DNA from: Eledone cirrhosa
Taxonomy: Eukaryota
Reading direction: 5' to 3'
Assembly (NCBI GenBank): GCA_964016885.1
Contig: OZ024757.1
Span: 1,054,001-1,118,000, forward strand
DNA: 64,000 bases
In this document: piece by piece, positions 26,804 through 37,630 of the stretch
Layout: each line of letters opens with the position of its first letter
Position numbering within the stretch: the first letter of the stretch is position 1
Made by a program: the position numbers and the translations under genes
Notes under the pieces: model-generated
What the model was told of the DNA's origin: nothing
What the model saw: only the letters and a program-made list of their open reading frames with translations
The model's database searches: none

Positions 26804-26964
26804 CTAGCATTTTCAGAGTCAACATGAGGGAGATGTGGGTGCTATTTCTTACCTCTTCTAAGACACTGTTGTGTGATTTGAGGAATAGTTTAGCTGCTAT
26901 TTCTGGCAGGTTCTATGGTAGTAATGTGTAATTTGAGTATGTGTATATATGTATATGTGTGTTG

Positions 26965-27177
26965 GTAAAGAAGTGCCAAGAAATCCCAGTGGAAGGAAGA
27001 CGTAGTAGAGGAAGACCACGAAAAACATGGGCGGAGGTGGTGAGAGCAGACCTCAGATTGCTGGAACTCACGGAGTAGATGACGAAGGACCGTGACGGGT
27101 GGAGAGGTGCTGTGCTGAATAGGACCCATCACACCCTTGCAAGTAGGGAAAAGTGGACATAAAATGATGATGATGAT
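26965..27177 (+). mobile_element. RTE-clade LINE 3' end with (GAT)n tail
   Basis: RGRPRKTWAEVVRADLRLLELTE*MTKDRDGWRGAV, a typical RTE ORF C-terminus, then gatgatgatg. Confidence 0.85.
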
Positions 27178-27238
27178 GTGTGTGTGTGTGTGTGTATATA
27201 TAGTGGTATCTATATGTGTGTGTATGGGTGTATAGTGG

Positions 27239-27269
<31 letters not shown>

Positions 27270-27304
27270 TAGTATGTGTATATATGTATACGTGTGTATG
27301 TTGG

Positions 27305-27339
<35 letters not shown>

Positions 27340-27398
27340 ATAGTGGTATATATAAATGTGTGTTAGTATGTGTATATATGTATATGTGTGTATGTTGG

Positions 27399-27447
<49 letters not shown>

Positions 27448-27502
27448 TGGTATATATAAATGTGTGTTAGTATGTGTATATATGTATATGTGTGTATGTT
27501 GG

Positions 27503-27541
<39 letters not shown>

Positions 27542-27606
27542 ATAGTGGTATATATAAATGTGTGTGTGTGTGTTAGTATGTGTATATATGTATGTGTGTA
27601 TGTTGG

Positions 27607-27637
<31 letters not shown>

Positions 27638-27714
27638 ATAGTGGTATATATAAATGTGTGTGTGTATGTTAGTATGTGTATATATGTATACGTGTGTATG
27701 TTAGAATATGTTGG

Positions 27715-27751
<37 letters not shown>

Positions 27752-27850
27752 ATGTTAGTATGTGTATATATGTATACGTGTGTATGTTAGTAAATGTTGG
27801 TATATATATGTGTGTGTGTAGTGATATATGTATATGTGTGAGTGTGTATA
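27178..27850. repeat. compound TG/TA microsatellite with a recurring higher-order unit of roughly 100 bp
   Basis: tagtggtatata...gttagtatgtgtatatatgtat...gttggtatata recurs several times. Confidence 0.9.
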
Positions 27851-27989
27851 CGGCTGTCCACATACACACATCATACAATCAAGCTTCATTTCTTTCCCAC
27901 AGGTCCTCTACACAGACCCAGGCCTCATTACCCTGCAACATTGTTGTTCACACACATCATACAATCTGCCCTTCATGTAGAGGGGAAAA

Positions 27990-28560
27990 CCTTTAGTACT
28001 AACTACGCTGCTGCTGACTTGTACGGCTGACCCCTCTATAGGGTCCACTTGGGCTAGACCATCTTACTCTCATGTATTCTCCTCAGTAATCGTTCATAAT
28101 GGTTCTTACATGCTCACCTTTATCATTCCGGATACACTTCTCTCAAATAACATCACAATTTTCCCTGACACACTGCCTCACAATCCTGAACACCTCATGT
28201 TTCTGGTTCTCACACTGCAAAACGTGCTTCCCTTCTAGCTAAGTATACTTGTCGCCTAGCTTCCCTCCTGGTCTCTATGTAATGTACCCTGCTTCCCCCG
28301 TTCTTCCATTGTTTCCATGCCTGTTTCTTGGCCTTAATTGTCACATCTACCTTATTGTTCCACCACCAAGTTACTCTCCTTCTCTCTGTAGCCCTGCTCC
28401 AACCACAAATCTCGCCTGTCACATTCAGCTCATTTCAGGAACTCCCAATGCTCGTCTACATTGAAAGTCTCTATCAGTTCTTCCATCAAGTAAAATATCT
28501 CTAAATTTGTTACTGACAGGGATATTTCCACTTCCGGGTTGCCTTCTGTTTCCAAGTTTT
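27990..28560 (-). mobile_element. RTE-clade LINE ORF fragment (region between endonuclease and RT), degenerate
   Basis: TGEICGWSRATERRRVTWWWNNKVDVTIKAKKQAWKQWKNGGSR..ARRQVYLAR and downstream EKCIRNDKGE. Confidence 0.8.
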
Positions 28561-28950
28561 CTAAGCTCTAACAATGGAGATGGTGGCTTCTGACAGGATC
28601 TGCTGGAAGGCGTGTTTGAGGACTGTCCTCACAAGCCTCTCAGGAAGAAGTGGGCAAAGAAGAAGAAACAATTAGTTAGTGAGTATTGTGACAATGTTCT
28701 GGTATTGATACCTCTCTATTGATATATACACATACATATATGTATATTAATTTTATTAAGGTTAAATAGTGTTGTTACTGTGAGGTTTCCCCTGTTTATC
28801 ACAGGGTGATCACATGACCCTGTGATAAACAGACAAATCTCTATAGTAACAAAACTATTTAGCTTTAATAAAATGAATAATTAAACTCTACTTTGGTATT
28901 GAGTACTCTTTTCTCTTACCCATGAACCCCACACACATATATATATATAT

Positions 28951-29127
28951 GGAGGTGTGTGACCTAGTGTTGGACCTATGATCATAATGTTATGGGTTCT
29001 ATTCCTCGGTTGTGTGTTGTGTTCTTGAGCAAGACACTTTATTTCCCGTTGCTCCAGTATACTCAGCTGACAATGAGTACCAGCAATAGCTGCTGGGGGT
29101 TTAACCATGTGATGGACTGGTGTCCTA
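28951..29127 (+). mobile_element. SINE family B (CORE-like), 3'-truncated at the Penelope-like element
   Basis: tRNA head, ttgagcaagacactttatttccc, ends at gatggactggtgtcct. Confidence 0.8.
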
Positions 29128-29850
29128 CTATCTTAATATTAAGTTTAAGTTTATCTATCTAAGCTTACAAATTTAGAAGGGCCCTAGAAAAACTTAAACT
29201 TAATATTAAGATAGTAGAAAGACCAGGTACCTCCATAAAAACACTTATTAGCAATACATACCCTTTTCAAAGACCTCTCTGTATAGATAAGAAATGCATA
29301 ATCTGTAAACTAAGCCCCCATATTAACTGTAAAACTAGAAATGTAGTATATAGCATAAGATGTACTGAAGGACAATGTAAAGATAAGAATATAGTGTACA
29401 TAGGAGAGACAGCTCCTAGAATAGGGGAACGGATAAATGAACACTGGCAAGACCTTCAAGATAGTAAAGAATCAACTGTACTCTACCAGCATGTTAAAAT
29501 AGAACATAAGGGCAAATTAGAGAACATAGAAATAAAAATAGAATCTACACCCAGAAAAGACGCAATGTTTAGACAAATCACAGAGGCAATAAACATAAAT
29601 GTAACACATGCGCAAACTAAGCACACAACACACGCAAAAACAAGATGGCATAGGACAGAACAAAGGCGAGGCACAAAACAAAGAAAAGAATCCCAAGTCA
29701 CTGAAGAGGTCACAGAATGTGTGATGAAATGAACAACCGTCAGGTTGTGGAACCAACCAACCAACCGGAAATTTATAAATTCTTAAATTTATAAATTTAA
29801 TTTATAATAAATTGAAGTGAAAGCAACTGGTGCGTGTGTTTCTTATTGGC
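29126..29850 (+). mobile_element. 5'-truncated Penelope-like element: GIY-YIG endonuclease region and 3' pLTR, with fold-back 5' end
   Basis: open frame 29163-29732: IKIVERPG..CIDKKCIIC..CKTRNVVYSIRC..C..VYIGETAPRIGERINEH..LYQH..RQITEA; 28-bp inverted repeat 29126-29153/29190-29217. Confidence 0.88.
29691..29750 (+). ncRNA. degenerate minimal hammerhead ribozyme motif in the Penelope-like pLTR
   Basis: CTGAAGA-g-gtcaca..tgtgat-GAAA-tg..cg-TC; stem I pairs poorly. Confidence 0.45.
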
Positions 29851-29935
29851 AACATGACCCTCCCAAAGTATAACAATATCGGTTTCAACACAGGTTTTCA
29901 GATAAAGAATCTTGCTAAACAAATTCAGAAACGAA

Positions 29936-29968
29936 ATATATACATATATATGTATATATATATGTATA

Positions 29969-30047
<79 letters not shown>

Positions 30048-30169
30048 ATATATGTATATATGTATATATATGTATATATGTATATATATGTATATGTATA
30101 TATATGTATATATATATATATATGTATATGTATATATATATATATGTATATGTATATATATATATATGT

Positions 30170-30215
<46 letters not shown>

Positions 30216-30256
30216 GTATATGTATATATATGTATATGTATATATGTATATATATA

Positions 30257-30289
<33 letters not shown>

Positions 30290-30382
30290 ATATATATATG
30301 TATATATGTATATATATATATATGTATATATATATATGTATATATATATATGTATATATGTATATATATATATGTATATATG

Positions 30383-30417
<35 letters not shown>

Positions 30418-30426
30418 GTATATATG

Positions 30427-30517
<91 letters not shown>

Positions 30518-30640
30518 ATGTATATATATGTATATATATGTATATATATGTATATGTATATATATGTATATATATGTATATGTATATATATGTATATATA
30601 TATGTGTATATATATATATATATGTATATATATGTATATA

Positions 30641-30676
<36 letters not shown>
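29936..30676. repeat. (TA)n/(TATG)n microsatellite, about 740 bp
   Basis: direct reading. Confidence 0.98.
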
Positions 30677-30679
<3 letters not shown>

Positions 30680-30704
30680 CTTCCCTAACTGTTTTCATGT
30701 TATT

Positions 30705-30891
30705 GGTGGATTGGCAGTATTGGTAGAGGGTTGGACGCCATGCTTTCCACCATAGTTACGTCCCTTTACGGTCTGAGTTCAAATCCCGCCGAGGTTAACT
30801 TTGCCTTTCATCCTTACGGAGTCGATAAAATAAAGTACCAGTAATGCACTGGGTAATTGCTGGCCTTGTGCCAAAAGTAGAAACAATTATT
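30705..30891 (+). mobile_element. SINE family A
   Basis: near-identical to 23862-24048. Confidence 0.88.
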
Positions 30892-31076
30892 TTACTATTA
30901 TTACTTCAAGAACCACCTGTCTAGGAACTTTCTTAAACTGGCCACCTGACTAAGGAATCTTCTTGTTGAGTCAAACAACGGCGTACGTTAAAACTATCTT
31001 CGACACAGAGTACTCACAACCTCTAGCTGGATTACCTTAAACGATAACTTATCCTATATATATATATAGGATAAGT

Positions 31077-31195
31077 GAAGGCGTGTGGCTGAGTGGTTAG
31101 AGAATTGTATTCGCAATCGTAAGGTTGTGAGTTCGATTCCTGGACCAGGCGATGCGTTATGTCCTTGAGCAAGACACTTTATTTCACGTTGCTCC
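31077..31195 (+). mobile_element. SINE family B 5' part (tRNA head plus start of CORE)
   Basis: tggctgagtggttag...gagttcgattcct...ccttgagcaagacactttatttcacgttgctcc. Confidence 0.8.
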
Positions 31196-31567
31196 TTCTA
31201 CCTGGAGTTGCGACCGATAGATAGTATTAGCAATTGGAAAGACCAACGGAAACATTGTTCCCTCGGTCCGATTTGACAAAAAAGTCGATCGTTCCTTATA
31301 TATAAATGAAAAGTATAGAAATTATTGTAGCAAGAAGCCAACAGTATTTCATAATATATAAGTGACTATAGCGTCAAAATGGAAAAATAGTTAATGTAAG
31401 ATGTGGGAAAATAATTCAAACTCAATTGAAAAAGAATCAGGATATAGATTCATCCAACAGAATTTAGTGAAATCCAGGGAAAAATCAATAGAGCTTTAAC
31501 TCAGAATAAAATAAAGTTTAAAATACTCATCCTTCAATATATATATATATACACACACAGAGGGGAC

Positions 31568-31922
31568 TACTCTCAGGTCCCAAATTATAGGGCAGGGATG
31601 GAAAATCGGTAATTTTTCTAGGTTGTCTCCCTTGATTTTTTAAAAACCAGAATTAGTCGTTTAGTTTACATATTGAGACCCCAACCCATCCTATTTATTT
31701 TATAACATTTGGGATTTCTAGTAATGTACTTTGTTGTCATGTAGAATGTTTTCTGACGTTTAAAGAAAATTAATTGTTGCAGGGATGATGTCACTTAAAA
31801 TATGTCGCTGGAGATAGATTAGGAAAATTTAATAAGTGAGAGGTGGGGTTCGAATAAGAACAGGGTGGGGGGTCTGAGAAATTAATAAGCAGGGGTGGGG
31901 CGATTATTGGTGATCTAAGGTG
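31568..31922. mobile_element. possible degenerate Tc1/mariner-type MITE
   Basis: left end tactctcaggtcccaaatta, degenerate right end ggggcgattattggtgatctaaggt, internal ttaataag..ggtgggg subrepeats. Confidence 0.35.
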
Positions 31923-32139
31923 ACACACCATTGAATGTTGATAGAAAACATTCTGATTACGTCATCTAATTTGATACATTCTAATTCTTTTGTGAGAGTA
32001 AGTGTCTGTGAAACACTGATTCACTACAAACATCCAATCATTGCTATTGACATTGTTATAGGAACACCTATGTAATGCTGGCTAGAAATAAAGGAGTGAA
32101 ATGGCTATAAGGTGTGGAACGGGTGTAAAGTTCACATAT

Positions 32140-32235
32140 CTAGTTACGTAGTTATATAGTTACGTGGATATGTAGTTACGTGGTTATATAGTTATGTAGT
32201 TACATGGTTATATAGTTATGTAGTTATGTGGTTAC
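32140..32235. repeat. short degenerate 8-10-bp tandem repeat (tagttacg/tggttata)
   Basis: direct reading. Confidence 0.8.
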
Positions 32236-32464
32236 AAAGTGAAGTGGTTATGTATAGATGGACCGATAACATCTGATTGAGACCTGGTGGATATTAATTT
32301 AAAACCTGTTAAAGTCCTCTTCCTCTCCAGGTCTAAAAACAGTTGATTTCTTCCATGGAAGGAGAGAGATTTATTTGTATAGGAATAATTTTTGTCGTGA
32401 CACCTACACGACCTCATTTATATAAATAATATAAGATCAAAAGATGGTTAAAAGAGTTCCAAGT

Positions 32465-32533
32465 ATTTTATTATGCGGATTTCAAAAACAAATATCATCA
32501 TGAGATGATATCTGCGTTTTCATCAGATAAAAT
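32465..32533 (-). ncRNA. minimal type I hammerhead ribozyme, mirror copy (stem III tccgca)
   Basis: reverse complement of 32618-32686 with two substitutions. Confidence 0.72.
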
Positions 32534-32617
32534 AGGGATACATGATATGTATCAACATATGTTGATTTAAAACTTCACTATTCACAAGTGTTTTTAAGCT
32601 TCATATCATGTATCCCT

Positions 32618-32686
32618 ATTTTATCTGATGAAAACGCAGATATCATCACATGATGATATTTGTTTTTGAAATGCGCATAATAAAAT
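32618..32686 (+). ncRNA. minimal type I hammerhead ribozyme
   Basis: attttat CTGATGA aaacgcagatatcatc-acat-gatgatatttgttttt GAAA tgcgca TA ataaaat: perfect 7-bp stem I, long stem II, palindromic stem III. Confidence 0.85.
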
Positions 32687-32808
32687 ACTTGGAACTCTTT
32701 TAACCATCTTTTGATCTTATATTATGTATACTCCAGTCCTACAAACTGTAGAGTGCTTCTTATCCGATATCTGCATTGCTTTATTGTACTACAATAAAAC
32801 TCACCTCC

Positions 32809-32811
<3 letters not shown>

Positions 32812-32857
<46 letters not shown>

Positions 32858-32905
32858 ATATATATGTGTATATATATGTGTATATATGTATATATATGTA
32901 TATGT
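32812..32905. repeat. (TA)n/(TATG)n microsatellite
   Basis: direct reading. Confidence 0.95.
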
Positions 32906-33051
32906 GCAAGGCCTTTCCCCACTTAAAAATCCTTCAAAGCACAGGCATTGCTTGTTCAGGATATGTTACAGGTTCGTGTGGCTGACCGTAGCCTAAAAGT
33001 GCACCAAACTCTATAACCTGACAGTACTCTTAGCAGAGTTTGCAGCCATCA

Positions 33052-33094
<43 letters not shown>

Positions 33095-33261
33095 ATGTGT
33101 ATATATGTATATATATGCATATATATATGTAGAAGTTATATTTAATTTGTTGGGATACAACAAGCAAATATTTTTATAACTGATATAAAGCACTCAACAA
33201 ATTATTGGAGTAAAAATACGATATATTAACAAATGGAAACTATATTTATAAAACCATATTT

Positions 33262-33324
33262 ATTTCATTATACATATTTCAAGGACACCAAGTCAAATTA
33301 TGGTGTGCTTTCATCAGATAAAAT
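33262..33324 (-). ncRNA. minimal type I hammerhead ribozyme, mirror copy
   Basis: reverse complement of 33486-33548. Confidence 0.75.
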
Positions 33325-33485
33325 ATAATATAGATCAGTTTTATAAATAAATATTGACATACCCTTAAAGAATGCGACCATTTCTGTTGGAAGCTCCCGG
33401 ATAGACTATCCGGGAGCTTCCAACAGAAATGGTCGCATTCTTTAAGGGTATGTCAATATTTATTTATAAAACTGATCTATATTAT

Positions 33486-33548
33486 ATTTTATCTGATGAA
33501 AGCACACCATAATTTGACTTGGTGTCCTTGAAATATGTATAATGAAAT
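33486..33548 (+). ncRNA. minimal type I hammerhead ribozyme
   Basis: attttat CTGATGA aagcacacca-taatttgact-tggtgtcctt GAAA tatgta TA atgaaat: stem I with one GU pair, 9 of 10 pairs in stem II, near-palindromic stem III. Confidence 0.8.
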
Positions 33549-33559
33549 AAATATGGTTT

Positions 33560-33563
33560 TATA

Positions 33564-33606
<43 letters not shown>

Positions 33607-33915
33607 ATGTGTATATATGTATATATATGCATATGTATATATATGCATATAAATATGTGTGTGTATATATATATATGTGTGTGTGTATATATACGTATAT
33701 ATATGTGTGTGTATATTTGTGTATATATATATGTGTATATGTGTATACATATATGTATGTATATATATATATATAAATATATTAATATGTATATATACTG
33801 TGCCAGTATGAGTGTGTTCCTGCGTGCTGTATGTACTTGTGCGTGTGTGTGTGTGTGTTCATGTGTGTACCTGTATGAACACACACACATACATATGTGT
33901 GTGTGTGTGTGTGTT
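33560..33915. repeat. compound TA/TG microsatellite
   Basis: direct reading. Confidence 0.95.
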
Positions 33916-34168
33916 AGTAAGGTAAAATAAAACAAAACCCCACAGTTTAACTCTCTAGGTAATATTCTGTGATATTTTGGGGTGGGACACCTTTTTCAGA
34001 TGGTAAAAGACAATAGAGTTTGATGTGAGTCTATATTTCACTAAAGAGAGATGGCCATGGGTGGATTTTGAATGTATTTTATTGACAGGTGGATTCAACT
34101 AGAGGTGACCTAGGGTTAAACAACACCACAAATATCGCAGTTTGTAAACAAAGGCTCACATCCGTTGC

Positions 34169-34376
34169 TGGTGGTGGTGGTGGTGGTGGTAGAGGGGGTG
34201 GGGGTAGTAGTGGTGGTAGTGGTAGTAGTTGTAGTAGTGGTGGTAGTAGCAGTGGTAGTAGTAGTAGTAGTAGTAGCAGTGGTAGTAGCAGTAGTAGCAG
34301 CAGTAGTGGTAGTAGTAGTAGTAGTAGTAGTAGCAGTGGTAGTAGTGGTAGTGGTAGTAACAGTAGTGGTAGTAAC

Positions 34377-34411
<35 letters not shown>

Positions 34412-34562
34412 CAGTGGTAGTAGTAGTAGCAGTGGTAGTAGTGGTAGCGCCAGTAGTAGCAGTAGTAGTGTTAGTAGTAGTAGTAGTAGCAGCTGTAGTG
34501 GTAGTAGTAACAGCAGTAGTAGTGGTGGTTGCATTGGTAGCTGCAGTAGTGGTGGTAGTAGC

Positions 34563-34593
<31 letters not shown>

Positions 34594-34610
34594 ACAGTGG
34601 TGGTAGTTGG
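34169..34610. repeat. (GGT)n/(AGT)n/(AGC) trinucleotide microsatellite
   Basis: direct reading; explains the poly-S/V/T/L ORFs. Confidence 0.97.
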
Positions 34611-35064
34611 TGTCGTAAAGGGGAACAAAGTCACACAACTAGGACGAGGTCACGAGAGTTATGTAACGTAGTGTTCACGTGATCACCTCGTGTTAACTTT
34701 TATCATGGCTGCCATCACGGTAAACTGCACCAACTTAACCGACACACACACACACACACACACATATGTGTGTATATATATATACATATGTATGTATGTA
34801 TAAATATATATATACATACATATAGATATAGATTTACCTACACTCACACATACACATCCATACACACACATGCACCCATAAATGTAAACTTCTGTTGACA
34901 CACATAAATATTTATATATACACACACACTCACAAATGTATAGAAATATATAATATATATATATATATACATACAGGAGATACATGAAAAGAACATGTTT
35001 TTTCATTGCAGGGTGGTTTTACTCCGTTGCTTCCTTTGATATATATATATATATATGTATTTAG

Positions 35065-35124
<60 letters not shown>

Positions 35125-35132
35125 GTGTGTGT

Positions 35133-35420
35133 GAAGTCACATGGCTTAGTGGTTAGGCTTGTAATCGAAAGGTTGTGAGTTCAATTCTCGGACCGGGTGA
35201 TGTGTTGTTTCCTTGAGCAAGACACTTTATTTCACGTTGCTCCAGTTTACTCAGCTGAAAACGAGCGCCAGCAATAGCTAGAGGTTTAACCCTGCGATGG
35301 ACTGGCGTCCTGTCCAGGGGGGAGTCTTGTACTCTCAGTCGCTTCACGCCATGAAACCGGGATAAGCACCGGCCAAATGAGCCTTCTGGCTTAAGACAAA
35401 ATTTAGACTTTTAGACTTAG
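35133..35420 (+). mobile_element. full-length SINE family B (tRNA head, CORE-like body, conserved 3' domain, short ttagac tail)
   Basis: A and B boxes, ccttgagcaagacactttatttcacgttgctccag, cctgcgatggactggcgtcctgtccagggggg...gaaaccgggataagcaccggcc. Confidence 0.88.
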
Positions 35421-35448
35421 ATATAATTACATATATATATTACATATG

Positions 35449-35710
35449 TGGATCGCGTGGCCCAGTGGTAACTGTCGAAATACGATCATAATGTCGTGGG
35501 TTCGATTCCTGAACTCGGTTGTGTCTTATGTTGTTGAGCAAAACACGTCATTTTTATGTTGCTCCAGTCCTCAGAGGAGTGTCTAGTCTTCTCACCACGG
35601 ACCCCAGGTTAAGCCCCGCTCTAATATGCCCCCAGGCAGACTTTAGCCCTGCAATGGTGTCCTGTCCCAGGGAGGATGAAATTTGTCTCAAGATGTTGAA
35701 ACGCATGAAT
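35449..35710 (+). mobile_element. older, diverged SINE family B copy
   Basis: tggcccagtggt..gggttcgattcct..ttgagcaaaacacg..gttgctccagt..tggtgtcctgtcccaggg. Confidence 0.65.
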
Positions 35711-35736
35711 TGAGTAAATATGTTTTCGCTGTTTCG

Positions 35737-37630
35737 TGTATGTCAGCTAGTCTGGATCTCTGGAAGGGTACCACGGCTGAAGTATGTCAGCTAGTCTGGA
35801 TCTCTGGAAGGGCACCACGGCTGAAGTATGTCAGCTAGTCTGGCACTCTGGAAGGGCACCACGGCTGAAGTATGTCAGCTAGTCTGGATCTCTGGAAGGG
35901 CACCACGGCTGAAGTATGTCAGCTAGTCTGGATCTCTGGAAGGGCACCACGGCTGAAGTATGTCAGCTAGTCTGGATCTTTGGAAGGGCACCATGGCTGA
36001 AGTATGTCAGCTAGTCTGGATCTCTGGAAGGACACCATGGCTGAAGTATGTCAGCTAGTCTGGATCTCTGGAAGGGTACCACGGCTGAAGTATGTCAGCT
36101 AGTCTGGATCTCTGGAAGGGCACCACGGCTGAAGTATGTCAGCTAGTCTGGCACTCTGGAAGGGCACCACGGCTGAAGTATGTCAGCTAGTCTGGATCTC
36201 TGGAAGGGCACCACGGCTGAAGTATGTCAGCTAGTCTGGATCTCTGGAAGGGCACCACGGCTGAAGTATGTCAGCTAGTCTGGATCTCTGGAAGGGCACC
36301 ATGGCTGAAGTATCTCAGCTAGTCTGGATCTCTGGAAGGGTACCACGGCTGAAGTATGTCAGCTAGTCTGGATCTCTGGAAGGGTACCACGGCTGAAGTA
36401 TGTCAGCTAGTCTGATTCTCTGGAAGGGTACCACGGCTGCAGTATGTCAGCTAGTCTGGATCTCTGGAAGGGCACCACGGCTGAAGTATGTCAGCTAGTC
36501 TGGATCTCTGGAAGGGCACCACGGCTGAAGTATGTCAGCTAGTCTGGATCTCTGGAAGGGCACCATGGCTGAAGTATCTCAGCTAGTCTGGATCTCTGGA
36601 AGGGTACCACGGCTGAAGTATGTCAGCTAGTCTGGATCTCTGGAAGGGTACCATGGCTGAAGTATGTCAGCTAGTCTGGATCTCTGGAAGGGTACCACGG
36701 CTGAAGTATGTCAGCTAGTCTGGATCTCTGGAAGGGCACCACGGCTGAAGTATGTCAGCTAGTCTGGATCTCTGGAAGGGCACCATGGCTGAAGTATCTC
36801 AGCTAGTCTGGATCTCTGGAAGGGTACCACAGCTCATGTATGTCAGCTAGTCTGGATCTCTGGAAGGGTACCACGGCTGAAGTATGTCAGCTAGTCTGGA
36901 TCTCTGGAAGGGCACCATGGCTGAAGTATCTCAGCTAGTCTGGATCTCTGAAAGGGCACCACGGCTGAAGTATCTCACCTAGTCTGGATCTCTGGAAGGG
37001 TACCATGGCTGAAGTATGTCAGCTAGTCTGGATCTCAGGAAGGGTACCACGTCTGAAGTATGTCAGCTAGTCTGGATCTCTGGAAGGGTACCACGGCTGA
37101 AGTATGTCAGCTAGTCTGGATCTCTGGAAGGGTACCATGGCTGAAGTATGTCAGCTAGTCTGGATCTCAGGAAGGGTACCACGTCTGAAGTATGTCAGCT
37201 AGTCTGGATCTCTGGAAGGGTAACACGGCTGAAGTATGTCAGCTAGTCTGGATCTCTGGAAGGGTACCACAGCTCATGTATGTCAGCTAGTCTGGATCTC
37301 TGGAAGGGTACCACGGGTCAAGTATGTCAGGTAGTCTGGACCTCTGGAAGGGCACCACGGCTCATGTATGTCGGATCTCTGGAAGGGCACCACGGCTCAT
37401 GTATGTCAGACCTCTAGGAAGGGTACTGCAGCTCATGTATGTCAGCTAGTCTGGACATCTGGAAGGGCACCACGGCTCATGTATGTCGGATCTCTGGAAG
37501 GGTACCACAACTCATGTATGTCAGCTAGTCTGGACCTCTGGAAGGGCACCATGGCTCATGTATGTCAGACCTCTGGAAAAGCACCAAGGCTCATGTATGT
37601 CAGCTAGTCGGGAACTCTGGAAGGGCACCA
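35737..37630. repeat. 44-bp satellite, about 43 copies, derived from LINE ORF2
   Basis: monomer gtatgtcagctagtctggatctctggaagggcaccacggctgaa; tggaagg at 35761 and 35805. Confidence 0.97.

Larger units (their letters stand above)
32426..32725. repeat. palindrome 1: 124-bp arms, 52-bp spacer, two mismatches seen
   Basis: 32426-32549 is the reverse complement of 32602-32725. Confidence 0.95.
33247..33563. repeat. palindrome 2: apparently perfect 158-bp arms with a 1-nt centre at 33405
   Basis: ...gaagctcccggatag-a-ctatccgggagcttc...; arms complementary out to 33247/33563. Confidence 0.96.

Noticed and set aside
29830-30755. YI-rich ORFs, and similar ones at 27.2-28.0, 32.7-33.9 and 34.7-35.1 kb
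   Set aside because: Microsatellite translations.
34079-34682. Ser/Gly-, Thr-, Val- and Leu-rich ORFs
   Set aside because: An (AGT)n/(GGT)n microsatellite that is open in several frames on both strands.
22748-35230. tRNA genes at the A/B-box motifs
   Set aside because: Each is the tRNA-derived head of a SINE continuing into SINE body sequence, with no intact cloverleaf evident.
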